A DNA stretch of 64,000 bases from a virus. Taxonomy: Duplodnaviria > Caudoviricetes. The position numbers were made by a program, and so were the translations under genes. Below, piece by piece: positions 36,364 to 46,199 of this stretch (position 1 is its first letter; every line of letters starts with the position of its first letter). The stretch is taken from IMG/VR virus record IMGVR_UViG_3300043960_000133, positions 25,205 through 89,204 of that record, one strand, 5' to 3'. Below the pieces are notes generated by a model. The model ran no database searches. It saw only the letters and a program-made list of their open reading frames with translations, and was not told where the DNA came from.

Positions 36364-36775
36364 CGGAGATTTGGAACTTCACGGCCTTGACGAATTGTCG
36401 GGAAAGCTGCTTTCTGCCATTGAAGAGTTTCCCGGCACTGCTGAAAAGGGCCTGGTGACGATTGGAAACAAGCTCAGGAAGGAATGCGTGAACCAGACTC
36501 CGGAAGGCAGTACGGGCAAGCTGAAGAAGGGATGGAAACACAAGGTAAAAGGCTATAACGGCTCGGAGCTGACCTACGAGCTGGTCAACAAGCACCCCGT
36601 CCATCACCTGCTGAACAACGGGCATGTCAAGAAAACGCCCGGCGGTCGGACGGTTGGCTATTACGAAGGCCAGCATTACACGGAAAAAGCTGTGAAGCTG
36701 TTTGAATCGCAGGACTTGCAGCCCGGCCTTGAAAAACTCACGAAGAAACTCATCAAGAAAGCAGGCGGCACATGA
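36356..36775 (+). CDS. HK97 gp10-like protein
   Basis: TGKLKKGW, HLLNNGH motifs. Confidence 0.75.
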   Translation: MSNGDLELHGLDELSGKLLSAIEEFPGTAEKGLVTIGNKLRKECVNQTPEGSTGKLKKGWKHKVKGYNGSELTYELVNKHPVHHLLNNGHVKKTPGGRTVGYYEGQHYTEKAVKLFESQDLQPGLEKLTKKLIKKAGGT

Positions 36776-37236
36776 TCCATGATATCGACATCCTGCAGGC
36801 CGTACAGGAGAAGCTGAAGGAGCGGTTCCCGTATCCCGTGTATCTGCAGGAGGTGAAGGAAGGGTTCCGGCCGCCTGCATTTTTCCTGAAGTCCATGACG
36901 GTCACTTCGCCGCAGGGCGGTCAGGCAGTATACCGGGATACGGATATTTACATCACTTATATACCACAGAAACAGGCAGCCAGCACATCCATATATGGCG
37001 TACTGGCTGCCGTTGAAGACCTGTTCCGTGACGGGATTGCCGCCCAGGACAGGTTTTTTGCTGTCCTCTCTATGAGTGAAGAACTCATGGGGCCGGATAA
37101 TGACGGCGGACGGGTGACGCTGACCGTCCAGTACTATGATTCCGCCGATGAAACGGAAGCAGCCGAACGGATGAAGGTGCTGCATCAGCGGTATCAGGGA
37201 AAGGAGACAACGAAACATGAAAATGCCATCCATTAA
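36772..37236 (+). CDS. Tail terminator-like protein
   Basis: Position before sheath; EVKEGFRPPAFF motif. Confidence 0.55.
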   Translation: MIHDIDILQAVQEKLKERFPYPVYLQEVKEGFRPPAFFLKSMTVTSPQGGQAVYRDTDIYITYIPQKQAASTSIYGVLAAVEDLFRDGIAAQDRFFAVLSMSEELMGPDNDGGRVTLTVQYYDSADETEAAERMKVLHQRYQGKETTKHENAIH

Positions 37237-38299
37237 TGTCGTGTTCAAGGAAAAAGGCATCAGCGCCATCGAGCGCAGTGAACGCGGCATTGTTCTGATG
37301 ATTCTGAAGGAAGAAACACTGCCTTCGGTGACGGAAGTGAACCTGTACACGGCAGATGACATCCCCAAGGAGCTGTCCGACAGCAACCGGGAGCAGCTGG
37401 AACTGGCGCTCCGGGGCTATGTGAACAGTCCGAAGAAAGTTATTGCTGAAATCATCAGCAGTGAAGCCGAAGACTATACAGATATTCTGAAGGTCATCGA
37501 GAATAAGCGCTTTGATTATCTGGTCATCCCGGATATTGAAACGTCGCACATTGATACCATCGCCACCTGGGTCAAAGGAATGCGTACCAATAAAGACAAG
37601 ATGATTAAAGCCGTGCTGCCGGACTGTACGGCAGATACGGAAGGGGTTATCAACTTCGTCAACAAGACCATTCAGACCAAAGCGAAGACGTACACGACAC
37701 CCCAGTACTGCAGCCGCATTGCCGGCATCATTGCCGGGACGCCCATGACGATTTCCTGCACCTACGCGCCGCTGCCGGAAGTCATCGGCTGCGATGTGTG
37801 GACGAAAGAGGAAATGGACACCATGGCCGGAGCAGGGAAGCTGTTCTTCTTCTTTGACGGCGAAAAGGTGAAACTGGCCCGGGGCATCAACTCCCTGGTG
37901 ACCACCGTCCAGGACAAGGGGACGAGCTTCCAGAAAATCAAGCTCGTGGACTTGATGGACATGATGCACGACGACATCCGCACGACGGCCCAGGACCATT
38001 ACCTCGGGAAGTACGCCAACAGCTATGCGAACCGCTGCCTTCTGGTGACGGCCATCCAGGGGTATCTTGACCAGCTGGCCAAGGAGGGGCTGCTGGAACA
38101 GGACCAAAACACAGCCTATATCGATGTGGAATCCACGAAGATATGGCTGGAATCCAACGGCAAATACACCAAGGCGGAACTGGCGGACATGTCCGATATG
38201 GACATCAAGCTGGCCAATATCGGCAGCAATGTGTTCATCGCCGTCAAGGCATCGCTGCTGGATGCCATGGAAGATGTCACGATTACCATCAATATCTGA
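37217..38299 (+). CDS. Tail sheath protein (XkdK-like)
   Basis: KLARGINSL, KIKLVDLMD; precedes the tube gene. Confidence 0.85.
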   Translation: MKMPSINVVFKEKGISAIERSERGIVLMILKEETLPSVTEVNLYTADDIPKELSDSNREQLELALRGYVNSPKKVIAEIISSEAEDYTDILKVIENKRFDYLVIPDIETSHIDTIATWVKGMRTNKDKMIKAVLPDCTADTEGVINFVNKTIQTKAKTYTTPQYCSRIAGIIAGTPMTISCTYAPLPEVIGCDVWTKEEMDTMAGAGKLFFFFDGEKVKLARGINSLVTTVQDKGTSFQKIKLVDLMDMMHDDIRTTAQDHYLGKYANSYANRCLLVTAIQGYLDQLAKEGLLEQDQNTAYIDVESTKIWLESNGKYTKAELADMSDMDIKLANIGSNVFIAVKASLLDAMEDVTITINI

Positions 38300-38313
38300 G
38301 GAGGTGAAGCCGG

Positions 38314-38742
38314 ATGAACAGTATGGAAGCCAAACGGGTCATGAACGGCAAGTATGCCGATCTGTATATCGACGGCGACCTCATGGCCGAAGCAACGGCA
38401 TTCAAGGCCGAGGTCACGCTGACCAAGGAAGAAGTGAAGATGCTCCGTCATGTGGGCAAGGGCTACAAGGTCACAGGCTACGACTGCAAAGGCCAGCTGA
38501 AGCTGCACAAGGTATCGAGCTACATGATCCGGAAGATGAACGACAACATCAAGGCGGGCAGGCAGACTGTCGTGACCATCGTCTCCGTCCTGGATGACAA
38601 GGATGCCATCGGCAGCGAGCGTATCGTCATCAAGGATGCGACCTTTGACAGCCTGATCCTGGCCGACTGGGAAGTGGACAAGATGGGCGAGGAAAGCTAC
38701 AGTTTCACCTTCTCGGACTGGGATTTACTGGATTTAGCATAA
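38314..38742 (+). CDS. Tail tube protein (XkdM-like)
   Basis: RVMNGKY...LDDKDAIGSERI...FTFSDW. Confidence 0.88.
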   Translation: MNSMEAKRVMNGKYADLYIDGDLMAEATAFKAEVTLTKEEVKMLRHVGKGYKVTGYDCKGQLKLHKVSSYMIRKMNDNIKAGRQTVVTIVSVLDDKDAIGSERIVIKDATFDSLILADWEVDKMGEESYSFTFSDWDLLDLA

Positions 38743-38755
38743 GGAGAACAAGCAC

Positions 38756-39172
38756 ATGAATATGGTAGACCGGCTGCTGAAAGCCGACGTAGTGAACAAG
38801 CTGGCCGAACGGCCTGAGAAGAAAGTGAAGATGGAACGGCTCTCGAAGCTGTTCGGGTTCGATTTTGTCATCACGCTCCGGGCCATCGACCCGGAACGCT
38901 ATGCGGATATCCAGAAGATGGCCGTGGACTTCACCAACGGCAGTGCCGATAACATCGATATTTATCAGATGCAGACCCAGACGCTCCTGGCAGGGATTGC
39001 CGACCCGGACCTCAAGAACAAGGACCTGCTGGAAAAATTCGGGGCCGTACTCCCTGGTGATATCATCCGCAAGCTCTTCCTGGCAGGCGAAATTGCCGAC
39101 CTTACGGCACAGATTACGGAGCTCAACGGTTATACGACCCAGGAAAAGGCAGACAAAGCCGTAAAAAACTGA
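38756..39172 (+). CDS. Tail assembly chaperone (XkdN-like)
   Basis: KLFLAGEI motif; ends GTA-AAA-AAC-TGA with slippery AAAAAAC. Confidence 0.85.
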   Translation: MNMVDRLLKADVVNKLAERPEKKVKMERLSKLFGFDFVITLRAIDPERYADIQKMAVDFTNGSADNIDIYQMQTQTLLAGIADPDLKNKDLLEKFGAVLPGDIIRKLFLAGEIADLTAQITELNGYTTQEKADKAVKN

Positions 39173-39333
39173 TCCGGACCGATGGCGAAGTGCAGGCGAT
39201 GTATCTCCTGTTCCGGGAGCATCACCTGCTGCCGTCAGCGGTCATGAAACTGGGCTATGGCGAACGGCAAGTACTGTACGCTTTTATCCGATATGAGATG
39301 GAAGAACGGGAAGAGAAAAAAGTTATCTCCTAG
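39163..39333 (+). CDS. -1 frameshift extension of XkdN-like chaperone
   Basis: The -1 frame after AAAAAAC (39163-69) reads LIRTDGEVQAMYLLFREHHLLPSAVMKLGYGERQVLYAFIRYEMEEREEKKVIS*. Confidence 0.75.
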   Translation, partial: KKLIRTDGEVQAMYLLFREHHLLPSAVMKLGYGERQVLYAFIRYEMEEREEKKVIS

Positions 39334-39820
39334 AGTATTTATCTTCCCATTCAAGGTCATCTTGATTTTCTTCTTCTAGAGAAGATGTTCCTTCTGAAAA
39401 ACCATCTTCATAACCATCCATATAATCATCGTTTTCATATTCTGGGTCGTACCCTAAATCAAAATAGCCGTCTTCGTGGCCCTTATCATATCCTTCGTCA
39501 TAGGTTCCTTCATTAGTATTATAGTAATCATCGTAGTAATCGTAATTATTGTTATCACTAGAGGTACTGCTGTGAGCTTTAATAGACTCTTCCTTGAGTC
39601 TTTTCAGTTCCTTTTTATATGCTTCACCATCAGCTTTTAACTCAGCTTCGAAATCAGTTTTTGAAGATTCAATTTGTTGTGGTTTTGTTTTGTGGGTACT
39701 GTTTGTGGTAGTGGTGCTGCCACAGCCCGACATAAAAAAAATGATAGCCGATAAAAAAATGGTTAACGATACTTTATGAAAAACGATGAAACCATTTTTT
39801 CCTGCTTTTTCAGGCTTCAT
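39323..39820 (-). CDS. Acidic lipoprotein moron (165 aa)
   Basis: Start MKPEKAG 9 nt after AAAGG; signal peptide ending FMSG-C; Y/D/E/G repeats; AT-rich; antisense to the tail operon. Confidence 0.7.
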   Translation of the reverse strand: MKPEKAGKNGFIVFHKVSLTIFLSAIIFFMSGCGSTTTTNSTHKTKPQQIESSKTDFEAELKADGEAYKKELKRLKEESIKAHSSTSSDNNNYDYYDDYYNTNEGTYDEGYDKGHEDGYFDLGYDPEYENDDYMDGYEDGFSEGTSSLEEENQDDLEWEDKYSRR

Positions 39821-39923
39821 AACCATCATCCTTTCTGCGTAATGTCTTTTTTCTTTTATTGTACACGATTCTGGCTGCTTGAAAAGCGGCAGGATGGATT
39901 CTTTTGAAGTGAGGTGAAACAGC

Positions 39924-42044
39924 GTGGCCAATAACGTTATCGATGCCGCCATCCGGCTGCGGGATTTGTTCACGCCGACGGTACGGAGCGTCAATGCCAG
40001 CTTGGGAAGCATGAAGGCCCAGATGGCGGCGGCGAAACAATCGGTCAGCGGCCTGTCGGACAAGCTGACGGAGCATGAGCGCATCCAGAAGCGGACGGCA
40101 AAGAGCATCGAGCAGACGGGAAGCAAGATTTCCAGCCTGTCGGACAAGATGGCCCTGCTGTCAGCCCCCATCCTGGCAGCCGCAACGGCAGGCTTCAAGC
40201 TGCACAGTGACTTTGCGGGTGGCATCGCCAAGATTTCTACCCTGGTGGATACGACGGTCGTTTCCATGCAGAAGGTCAGTGATGAGATCCGTGCTGTCAG
40301 CGATGAAACCGGGGCAGGCGTTGCCGACCTTTCTGAATCGGTCTACCAGGCCATCTCGGCAGGTGTCGATGCCGGCCATGCTGTAGGCTTTGTCAAGGAT
40401 ATGACCATCGCCGCCAAGGCCGGGTTCACGGATACGACAACTGCCGTAAACGGTGTCACGACTGTCCTCAATGCCTATGGAAAATCGGCAGAAGAGGCTG
40501 CGGCGGTGACGGACCAGATGCTCCTGGCACAGAACTTCGGCAAGACATCCTTTGGCGAGATGGCCCAGTCCATGGGCAACGTCATCCCCATTGCCGCCCA
40601 GCTCAACGTTACTACGCAGGAACTCTTTGGCTCCATCGCTGTCCTTACCAAAAACGGTATCGCTACGAGCGAAGCCATTACGGGACTCAAGGCGGCTTAC
40701 AGCAACATCCTGAAGCCGTCTTCTGAAGCGGCGAAACTGGCTCAGTCCCTTGGCCTTGAGTTCAACGCGGCTCATTTGCAGAGCGTAGGATGGGTGAAGT
40801 TCCTGGACGAAGTGAAGCGGGCCACCGGCGGTGATGCCGAACAGATGGCCCAGCTCTTTGGTTCCGTCGAAGGATTGAACAGCATCCTGGTTCTGACAGG
40901 CAAGGGAGCCGGGGATTTCGATAAGGTCATGAATCAGATGGCCCAGTCTGCCGGCATGACCCGGGAAGCCTATGAGAAGATGCTGACCCCGTCGGAGCAG
41001 ATGCAGATTGCCATGAACCAGCTGAAGAATGCCGGGATGGACCTGGCGGTTTCGTTCACCCCTTATTTCAAGGCCATGTCCCTGCGGGTGAAGGAACTGG
41101 CGGCCTGGTTCCGGTCCCTGACGCCGGAGCAGAAGGCCCTGATCGGCCAAGTGGCTTTCGGCATCGTGACCTTCCAGATCTTCGGTTCCACCCTGGGCCG
41201 GGTGCTGACGATAGGCGGACGGGCCTTCGGGACGTTCAGCTCCATCGCCGCGGGCATCAGCAAGGCCGGGAGCGTATCGAAATACCTGGCTGTCCAGTTC
41301 AAAGGACTCGTCACGGTGGCGAGAGGCATCGCCATTGTTGCCAAAGGCATGGGCAGTACCTTCCTGACCGTGGGCAGGATGATGATTACGGTCATCCGGG
41401 CAGTCGGCGCAGCAGCGATGGCCAATCCCATCCTTATCGTCATCGCTGCCCTCATCGCAGGGCTGTATCTCCTCTGGAGCAACTGGGATACGGTTTCGCA
41501 GTATATCGAACAGGCCGTCCGGGCGGTGTCGGATGCCGTGGATGCCGGGATGCAATGGATTGCTTCGGCCTGGGACGGGGCCATGAACGGCATCAGCGAG
41601 ACGGCTTCCAGCATCTGGGAAAGCATCAAGGATACTTTCCGGAGCGGCGTGAACTGGGTCATTGACCAGGTGAACGGACTCATTGCCAGCATCAACGGCC
41701 TGTCCATCGACATCCCGTCTCTGACGGGCGGGGCGCCGACTCATGTGGGATTCAATATTGAACCCATCAGTCATTTTGCCAGAGGCGTCGAGAACTTTGA
41801 CGGCGGCTTTGCGGTCATCAACGAAGACCACCGGGGCGAACTGGTCCACCTGCCAAACGGCAGTACCGTGGTCCCGCATGATGAAAGCATCCGGCAGGCC
41901 ATGAACGCAGGGAGCCGCTCTATTACTATCCGCATCGATACGATGAACGTCCGCAGCCAGCAGGACATCGATGCTGTAGCCGACAAGCTGGTAGAAAAGA
42001 TCCGGCTGTACGGCATGAACCGCATGAAAGGAGCGACCATCTGA
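39924..42044 (+). CDS. Tape measure protein (TP901-like core)
   Basis: 706 aa; GKTSFGEMAQSMG; C-terminal HFARGV...NEDHRGELVHLP. Confidence 0.92.
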   Translation: MANNVIDAAIRLRDLFTPTVRSVNASLGSMKAQMAAAKQSVSGLSDKLTEHERIQKRTAKSIEQTGSKISSLSDKMALLSAPILAAATAGFKLHSDFAGGIAKISTLVDTTVVSMQKVSDEIRAVSDETGAGVADLSESVYQAISAGVDAGHAVGFVKDMTIAAKAGFTDTTTAVNGVTTVLNAYGKSAEEAAAVTDQMLLAQNFGKTSFGEMAQSMGNVIPIAAQLNVTTQELFGSIAVLTKNGIATSEAITGLKAAYSNILKPSSEAAKLAQSLGLEFNAAHLQSVGWVKFLDEVKRATGGDAEQMAQLFGSVEGLNSILVLTGKGAGDFDKVMNQMAQSAGMTREAYEKMLTPSEQMQIAMNQLKNAGMDLAVSFTPYFKAMSLRVKELAAWFRSLTPEQKALIGQVAFGIVTFQIFGSTLGRVLTIGGRAFGTFSSIAAGISKAGSVSKYLAVQFKGLVTVARGIAIVAKGMGSTFLTVGRMMITVIRAVGAAAMANPILIVIAALIAGLYLLWSNWDTVSQYIEQAVRAVSDAVDAGMQWIASAWDGAMNGISETASSIWESIKDTFRSGVNWVIDQVNGLIASINGLSIDIPSLTGGAPTHVGFNIEPISHFARGVENFDGGFAVINEDHRGELVHLPNGSTVVPHDESIRQAMNAGSRSITIRIDTMNVRSQQDIDAVADKLVEKIRLYGMNRMKGATI

Positions 42045-42778
42045 TGGCCTCATTCTTAGAATCCATCCTGAACGCCATCGGGCAAGCGTCACAGGACCTG
42101 ACAATTTCCCTGGCCGCGGGCAGCTCTGTCGTGACCTTTCCCGTGCTTCCTTCGGAACTGATGGTTTCTGTCAATACGAACCATGGTACGGTGAACATCA
42201 ACAACTACGGGGAGTATCTCATGAAAGGCAGGACCGGGCTGAAGTCCCTGACACTGGCGGGATTTTTCCCGGCCCAGGATTATCCCTTTGCCGTGATGAC
42301 GCTGTCGCCTTATACCTATATTGCCGAACTGGAAGCCATGCGTACAGGCGGCGAGGTCTGCCAGCTCACGGTATCGGACACGCCCATCTCCATGCCCTGC
42401 CTGATCAGCTCCTTCAAGTTTGGGGAGAAGGATGGAAGCGGGGATGTGTATTATGAACTGGGACTGATGGAATACCGCTATGTCACAGCGGCGGAAACAG
42501 GGAAAACGGACCCGGCAACGGGGCTGAAGAAACGCCCTGGGTCGTTCTGGCAGAAGCTGAAGAAGAATATCACCTATTATCCGGGCGACAGCATCGGCAA
42601 TGTCGTGGGCCGGGCCGTCGGAAAATCGGTCACGCTCAATAAGGAGCAGTTCTCCAAGTTCCAGGTCTACCGCAGCATCATCCGAAACGGCGGCCTGAAA
42701 ACGGGTGACATCATCCGGCTGACGACCATGAACCTGAAAAGGAATGATGAAAATGTTCCAGTTGGCAAAGATAAATAA
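42044..42778 (+). CDS. Tail tube initiator (XkdP-like)
   Basis: FPVLPSEL, GEKDGSGDVYYELGLMEYRY. Confidence 0.7.
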   Translation: MASFLESILNAIGQASQDLTISLAAGSSVVTFPVLPSELMVSVNTNHGTVNINNYGEYLMKGRTGLKSLTLAGFFPAQDYPFAVMTLSPYTYIAELEAMRTGGEVCQLTVSDTPISMPCLISSFKFGEKDGSGDVYYELGLMEYRYVTAAETGKTDPATGLKKRPGSFWQKLKKNITYYPGDSIGNVVGRAVGKSVTLNKEQFSKFQVYRSIIRNGGLKTGDIIRLTTMNLKRNDENVPVGKDK

Positions 42779-44267
42779 GGCAGATACGGAAAACCAGCAG
42801 GCAGGCAAGCTGCAGAACACGGACTTGTCTGCTTACGTCCTTTCCTATACCTGGTCGGGCGATGTGGAGCAGGCCGGGAGAAAACTGGAATTTGACATCG
42901 CCTATACCACGAAAGACAAGGACTGGACGAATGCCGTTCTGGAGCTGGGCGATGAAGTGTGTTTTTCCTATACCGATGAGGTCACGCAGGAGACGTACCC
43001 CGTTTTCCAAGGGCGCATCTTTTCCCGGAGCCGGGACAGCGAGTCCTATGCTATGCGCTTTGTGGCCTTTGACAATATCATCTATCTGGCCAAATCCCGC
43101 ATTACCCGGAAGTACGCCAGCGTGACCGTTGCCGATGCCATCCGGCAGACCATCCATGACTTTACCATCGAAGCCGGGACGATGCCGGACCTTTCTGTGG
43201 TGTGCAGTTTCATTGCCGATGACATCTCAGCGACCGATGCCATCAAGCAGGCGCTGTCTTACCAGTCGGCACAGGATGGCAAGGGGTATCACATCTACAT
43301 GACGGACGGTAAGCTGAATGTGGTCTGTACCAATGATCAGGTGGTGGAGGACTTCCTCATCAGCGATGAAACGAATCTTACCGGGGCGTCCGTGTCTGAG
43401 TCTATCGAAGACATGGTGTCGAAAGTAGTCGTGGTAGACAGCGCAGGCCAGACGAAAGGCGAGATGCCGAATGGCACCGACATCGAACGCTTCGGCACCA
43501 TCCAGGCCATCTGCAAGGCCGACCCTAAGCAGGACGATGCCTCGCAGGCCCGGGCCATGCTGAAGACCGTTGCCCATGACATGGCTGTCAAGGCGCTCGG
43601 CCATATCCAGTGCATCGCCGGATTTTCCGTGGACATCCAGGAAGAACAGCTCAAAGGGCGTTTCTTCATCAAGTCGGACAGCCATCGGATCGAGGGGAAC
43701 AGGCACACCATGGATCTGCACCTGGTCTTCAACAAGCTGCTGGATGAGCAGAAGCAGGAACTGGACAGTGCATCGTACAACGCCAACCCGGATTACGTGC
43801 CGCCTGCATCGGCCGCTTCAGGAAGTAAGAGCGGGGCGTCCATGAGCGGGAATGCGGCCGGAGGCGATGTGGTGGATTCGTGCATGGAGAATTTTGATGG
43901 CACCGTTTCGCCTTATGGCTCCAATGGCTGTGTGGACCGGGCGACGGTTGCCGCGGCTGGTTATTCGCCCTTTGCTGCCCGGGAATACAACAACAACGTC
44001 AAAGGCTGCGACCAGCTCCGGGCCGATGCCGAAGCCCAGGGACTGGCGATTCCCTACGACCCGGCACAGCTGGAGAAAGGCGACATCATCATGTACAACC
44101 GCTACAGCAAGCCGGACCCGAACTGGCATGTGGTGGTCTATGACGGCAACGGCGGCTGCTGGGGCAACAGCTCCAATGTGTACGGCTGTTTCCATCATTA
44201 CGAAGGGAGCATCGACATGGGGAGCGACTACTATCCGGCGACCATCATCAAGACGTCGAGGGGGTGA
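42753..44267 (+). CDS. Baseplate hub (XkdQ-like) with C-terminal papain-like Cys peptidase domain
   Basis: WSGDVEQAGRKLEF hub motif; C-terminal NGCVD...GDIIMY...WHVVVYDG. Confidence 0.75.
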   Translation: MFQLAKINKADTENQQAGKLQNTDLSAYVLSYTWSGDVEQAGRKLEFDIAYTTKDKDWTNAVLELGDEVCFSYTDEVTQETYPVFQGRIFSRSRDSESYAMRFVAFDNIIYLAKSRITRKYASVTVADAIRQTIHDFTIEAGTMPDLSVVCSFIADDISATDAIKQALSYQSAQDGKGYHIYMTDGKLNVVCTNDQVVEDFLISDETNLTGASVSESIEDMVSKVVVVDSAGQTKGEMPNGTDIERFGTIQAICKADPKQDDASQARAMLKTVAHDMAVKALGHIQCIAGFSVDIQEEQLKGRFFIKSDSHRIEGNRHTMDLHLVFNKLLDEQKQELDSASYNANPDYVPPASAASGSKSGASMSGNAAGGDVVDSCMENFDGTVSPYGSNGCVDRATVAAAGYSPFAAREYNNNVKGCDQLRADAEAQGLAIPYDPAQLEKGDIIMYNRYSKPDPNWHVVVYDGNGGCWGNSSNVYGCFHHYEGSIDMGSDYYPATIIKTSRG

Positions 44268-44273
44268 CGGGAG

Positions 44274-44693
44274 ATGCAGAAAAATCCATACATCAGCCTG
44301 CTGAACCTCATGGAGCAGGTGTCAAGGAGCAGCAACAGCCCGTCTATCCAGATTGGCGAGATACTCCAATCTCCGCCGGACATCCAGGTGAAATACAATG
44401 GCATCGTCCTGACCAAAGAGGAGCTGTGGATTTCCCATTACCTTCTGGCAGGCTACGGCAGGACGGCCCGGGGCCATCTGGTATCGGCTACGCAGAACCG
44501 GGCAGGCGGCAGCGGGGATGCGGCGTATCAGTCGCATAACCACGACATCCATAACGACTACACCGATTCGGTGATTACCACGGATACGCTGAAGCCGGGC
44601 ATGAAAGTCGCCATCATGCCCATGCTGGTGAACGGGAAAATCCAGCAGTATGTGATTTTAGATGAGATTGTGAGGTTGGACGGATATGGCTGA
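44274..44693 (+). CDS. Baseplate spike-like protein (DUF2577-like)
   Basis: IGEILQSPPDI...LKPGMKVAIM...QQYVILD. Confidence 0.7.
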   Translation: MQKNPYISLLNLMEQVSRSSNSPSIQIGEILQSPPDIQVKYNGIVLTKEELWISHYLLAGYGRTARGHLVSATQNRAGGSGDAAYQSHNHDIHNDYTDSVITTDTLKPGMKVAIMPMLVNGKIQQYVILDEIVRLDGYG

Positions 44694-45135
44694 TCCTTTT
44701 GTGGCCTTGGCATCCGGAGCGGATGCCAGTTCCAGAGAAACATTGCCGCTCCTTTCGGAATACGGCTATGACTTTGAGAAGCATCGGTTCCGCTATGACG
44801 AGAACGGGAACAACATCACTGTGACGGAAGACGAGGCCCTCAGGGTGTGGATTTATAAAGCCCTGATGACGGAACGATATCGGTATCTGGCCTACCATGA
44901 TGAATACGGCATTACCATTGAACCCTATCAGGGAACGATGCCCAACAGCGTCTATACAGCAGACCAGATCTGCCAGAACATCCGGGAGGGGCTGGCCGTC
45001 AATCCCTATATTGCACGGATCAACCGGGTGGACGTGGAAAGGCGGGAGAAAGATGACTTGTTCATTTTGGTGGATGTGACATCTATTTACAGCGATGAAA
45101 ACATCACGATTACCGCAGAAAGGAGCCTTGCATGA
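44686..45135 (+). CDS. Baseplate wedge (DUF2634/XkdS-like)
   Basis: ALRVWIYKALMTERYRYLAY...YG. Confidence 0.8.
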   Translation: MADPFVALASGADASSRETLPLLSEYGYDFEKHRFRYDENGNNITVTEDEALRVWIYKALMTERYRYLAYHDEYGITIEPYQGTMPNSVYTADQICQNIREGLAVNPYIARINRVDVERREKDDLFILVDVTSIYSDENITITAERSLA

Positions 45136-46199
45136 GCAATTTGTTTGATGCCCAGACAAAAGACCAGATTGAGAACCGCATGGTGCAGACCCTGCACACG
45201 CTGACCGATACGGATAAGACGGCCATCGAGGGTTCTTTTGCCCGGGACATGATTGATACCAATGCCGTGGAATTCGAGAACAGCTATGCCGAGATAGCCA
45301 TGCTGCGAGACGCGGCTTTTGCCGAGACCGCCTGGGGCGACTATCTGACGCTCCGGGCTGAGGAGTTCGGCATCCAGCGGAAACAGGCCGTGCAGGCTAA
45401 TGGCAGTGTCACGGTCACCGGCCAGTCCGGGGCCTACATCATCCGCGGCAGCCTATTCCAGACCAAAGACGGACTGCGGTTTTATACTACGGAGTCGGCA
45501 ACGATTCCAGCGGATGGAACGGAAGTGGAAATCGCTGTCCAGGCAGCAGAGGCGGGCGTGAATGGTAACGTGGCGAAGGGAACGATTACGGAAATCCCCT
45601 ATTCCATTCCCAATGTGTACAGTGTGACCAACCCAGAGAAATGCACGGATGGGGCCGATGAGGAAACTGACGCGGCTCTTTTGACACGGCTTCTGTTCCG
45701 GGTCCGCCAGCCGATTACTTCCGGTAATGCCAATCATTACCGCTCTTGGGCTATGTCCGTGGACGGTGTGGGAAACTGCAAGGTCATCCCGCTCTGGGCT
45801 GGAAATGGCACGGTGAAAGTCATCATCGTGACGGCAGAAAATGAATCAGCCTCGAACGAGCTGATCCAGAAAGTGGCCCAGTATATCGAGACCCAGCGCC
45901 CTATCGGGGCCACCGTAACGGTGGTTTCACCGGCACCTCTGGCAGTGGATATCACCGCAGAAGTGTACGGCACAGCCAACGTGGCGGCTGTGGCTGCTGT
46001 TGTGTCTGACTATTTCAAGAACACAGGTTTCAGCTTGTCCTACGTCAGCCTGGCCCAGATTGGCCGGCTTATCCTTGGCGTAAACGGGATTACAGATTAT
46101 CGGAACTTGAAACTCAATGGCAAGGCGGAAAACATCAGCCTGACCAATGAACAGATTCCAGTAGCCGGAAAGGTGGTGCTGAGCATTGTCAGCGAATGA
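45132..46199 (+). CDS. Baseplate J-like protein (XkdT-like)
   Basis: GADEETDAALLTR, SGNANHYRSWA, GNGTVKV. Confidence 0.9.
   Translation: MSNLFDAQTKDQIENRMVQTLHTLTDTDKTAIEGSFARDMIDTNAVEFENSYAEIAMLRDAAFAETAWGDYLTLRAEEFGIQRKQAVQANGSVTVTGQSGAYIIRGSLFQTKDGLRFYTTESATIPADGTEVEIAVQAAEAGVNGNVAKGTITEIPYSIPNVYSVTNPEKCTDGADEETDAALLTRLLFRVRQPITSGNANHYRSWAMSVDGVGNCKVIPLWAGNGTVKVIIVTAENESASNELIQKVAQYIETQRPIGATVTVVSPAPLAVDITAEVYGTANVAAVAAVVSDYFKNTGFSLSYVSLAQIGRLILGVNGITDYRNLKLNGKAENISLTNEQIPVAGKVVLSIVSE

Noticed and set aside
39821-40267. N-terminal half of the listed 314-aa minus-strand ORF
   Set aside because: It is antisense to the tape measure gene; the RBS and signal peptide point to a start at 39820.
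40161-42104. 647-aa minus-strand ORF, and similar long antisense ORFs such as 4899..5867, 37085..38107, 60714..62207 and 62378..63520
   Set aside because: These are shadow frames of GC3-biased real genes, with no recognisable motifs.
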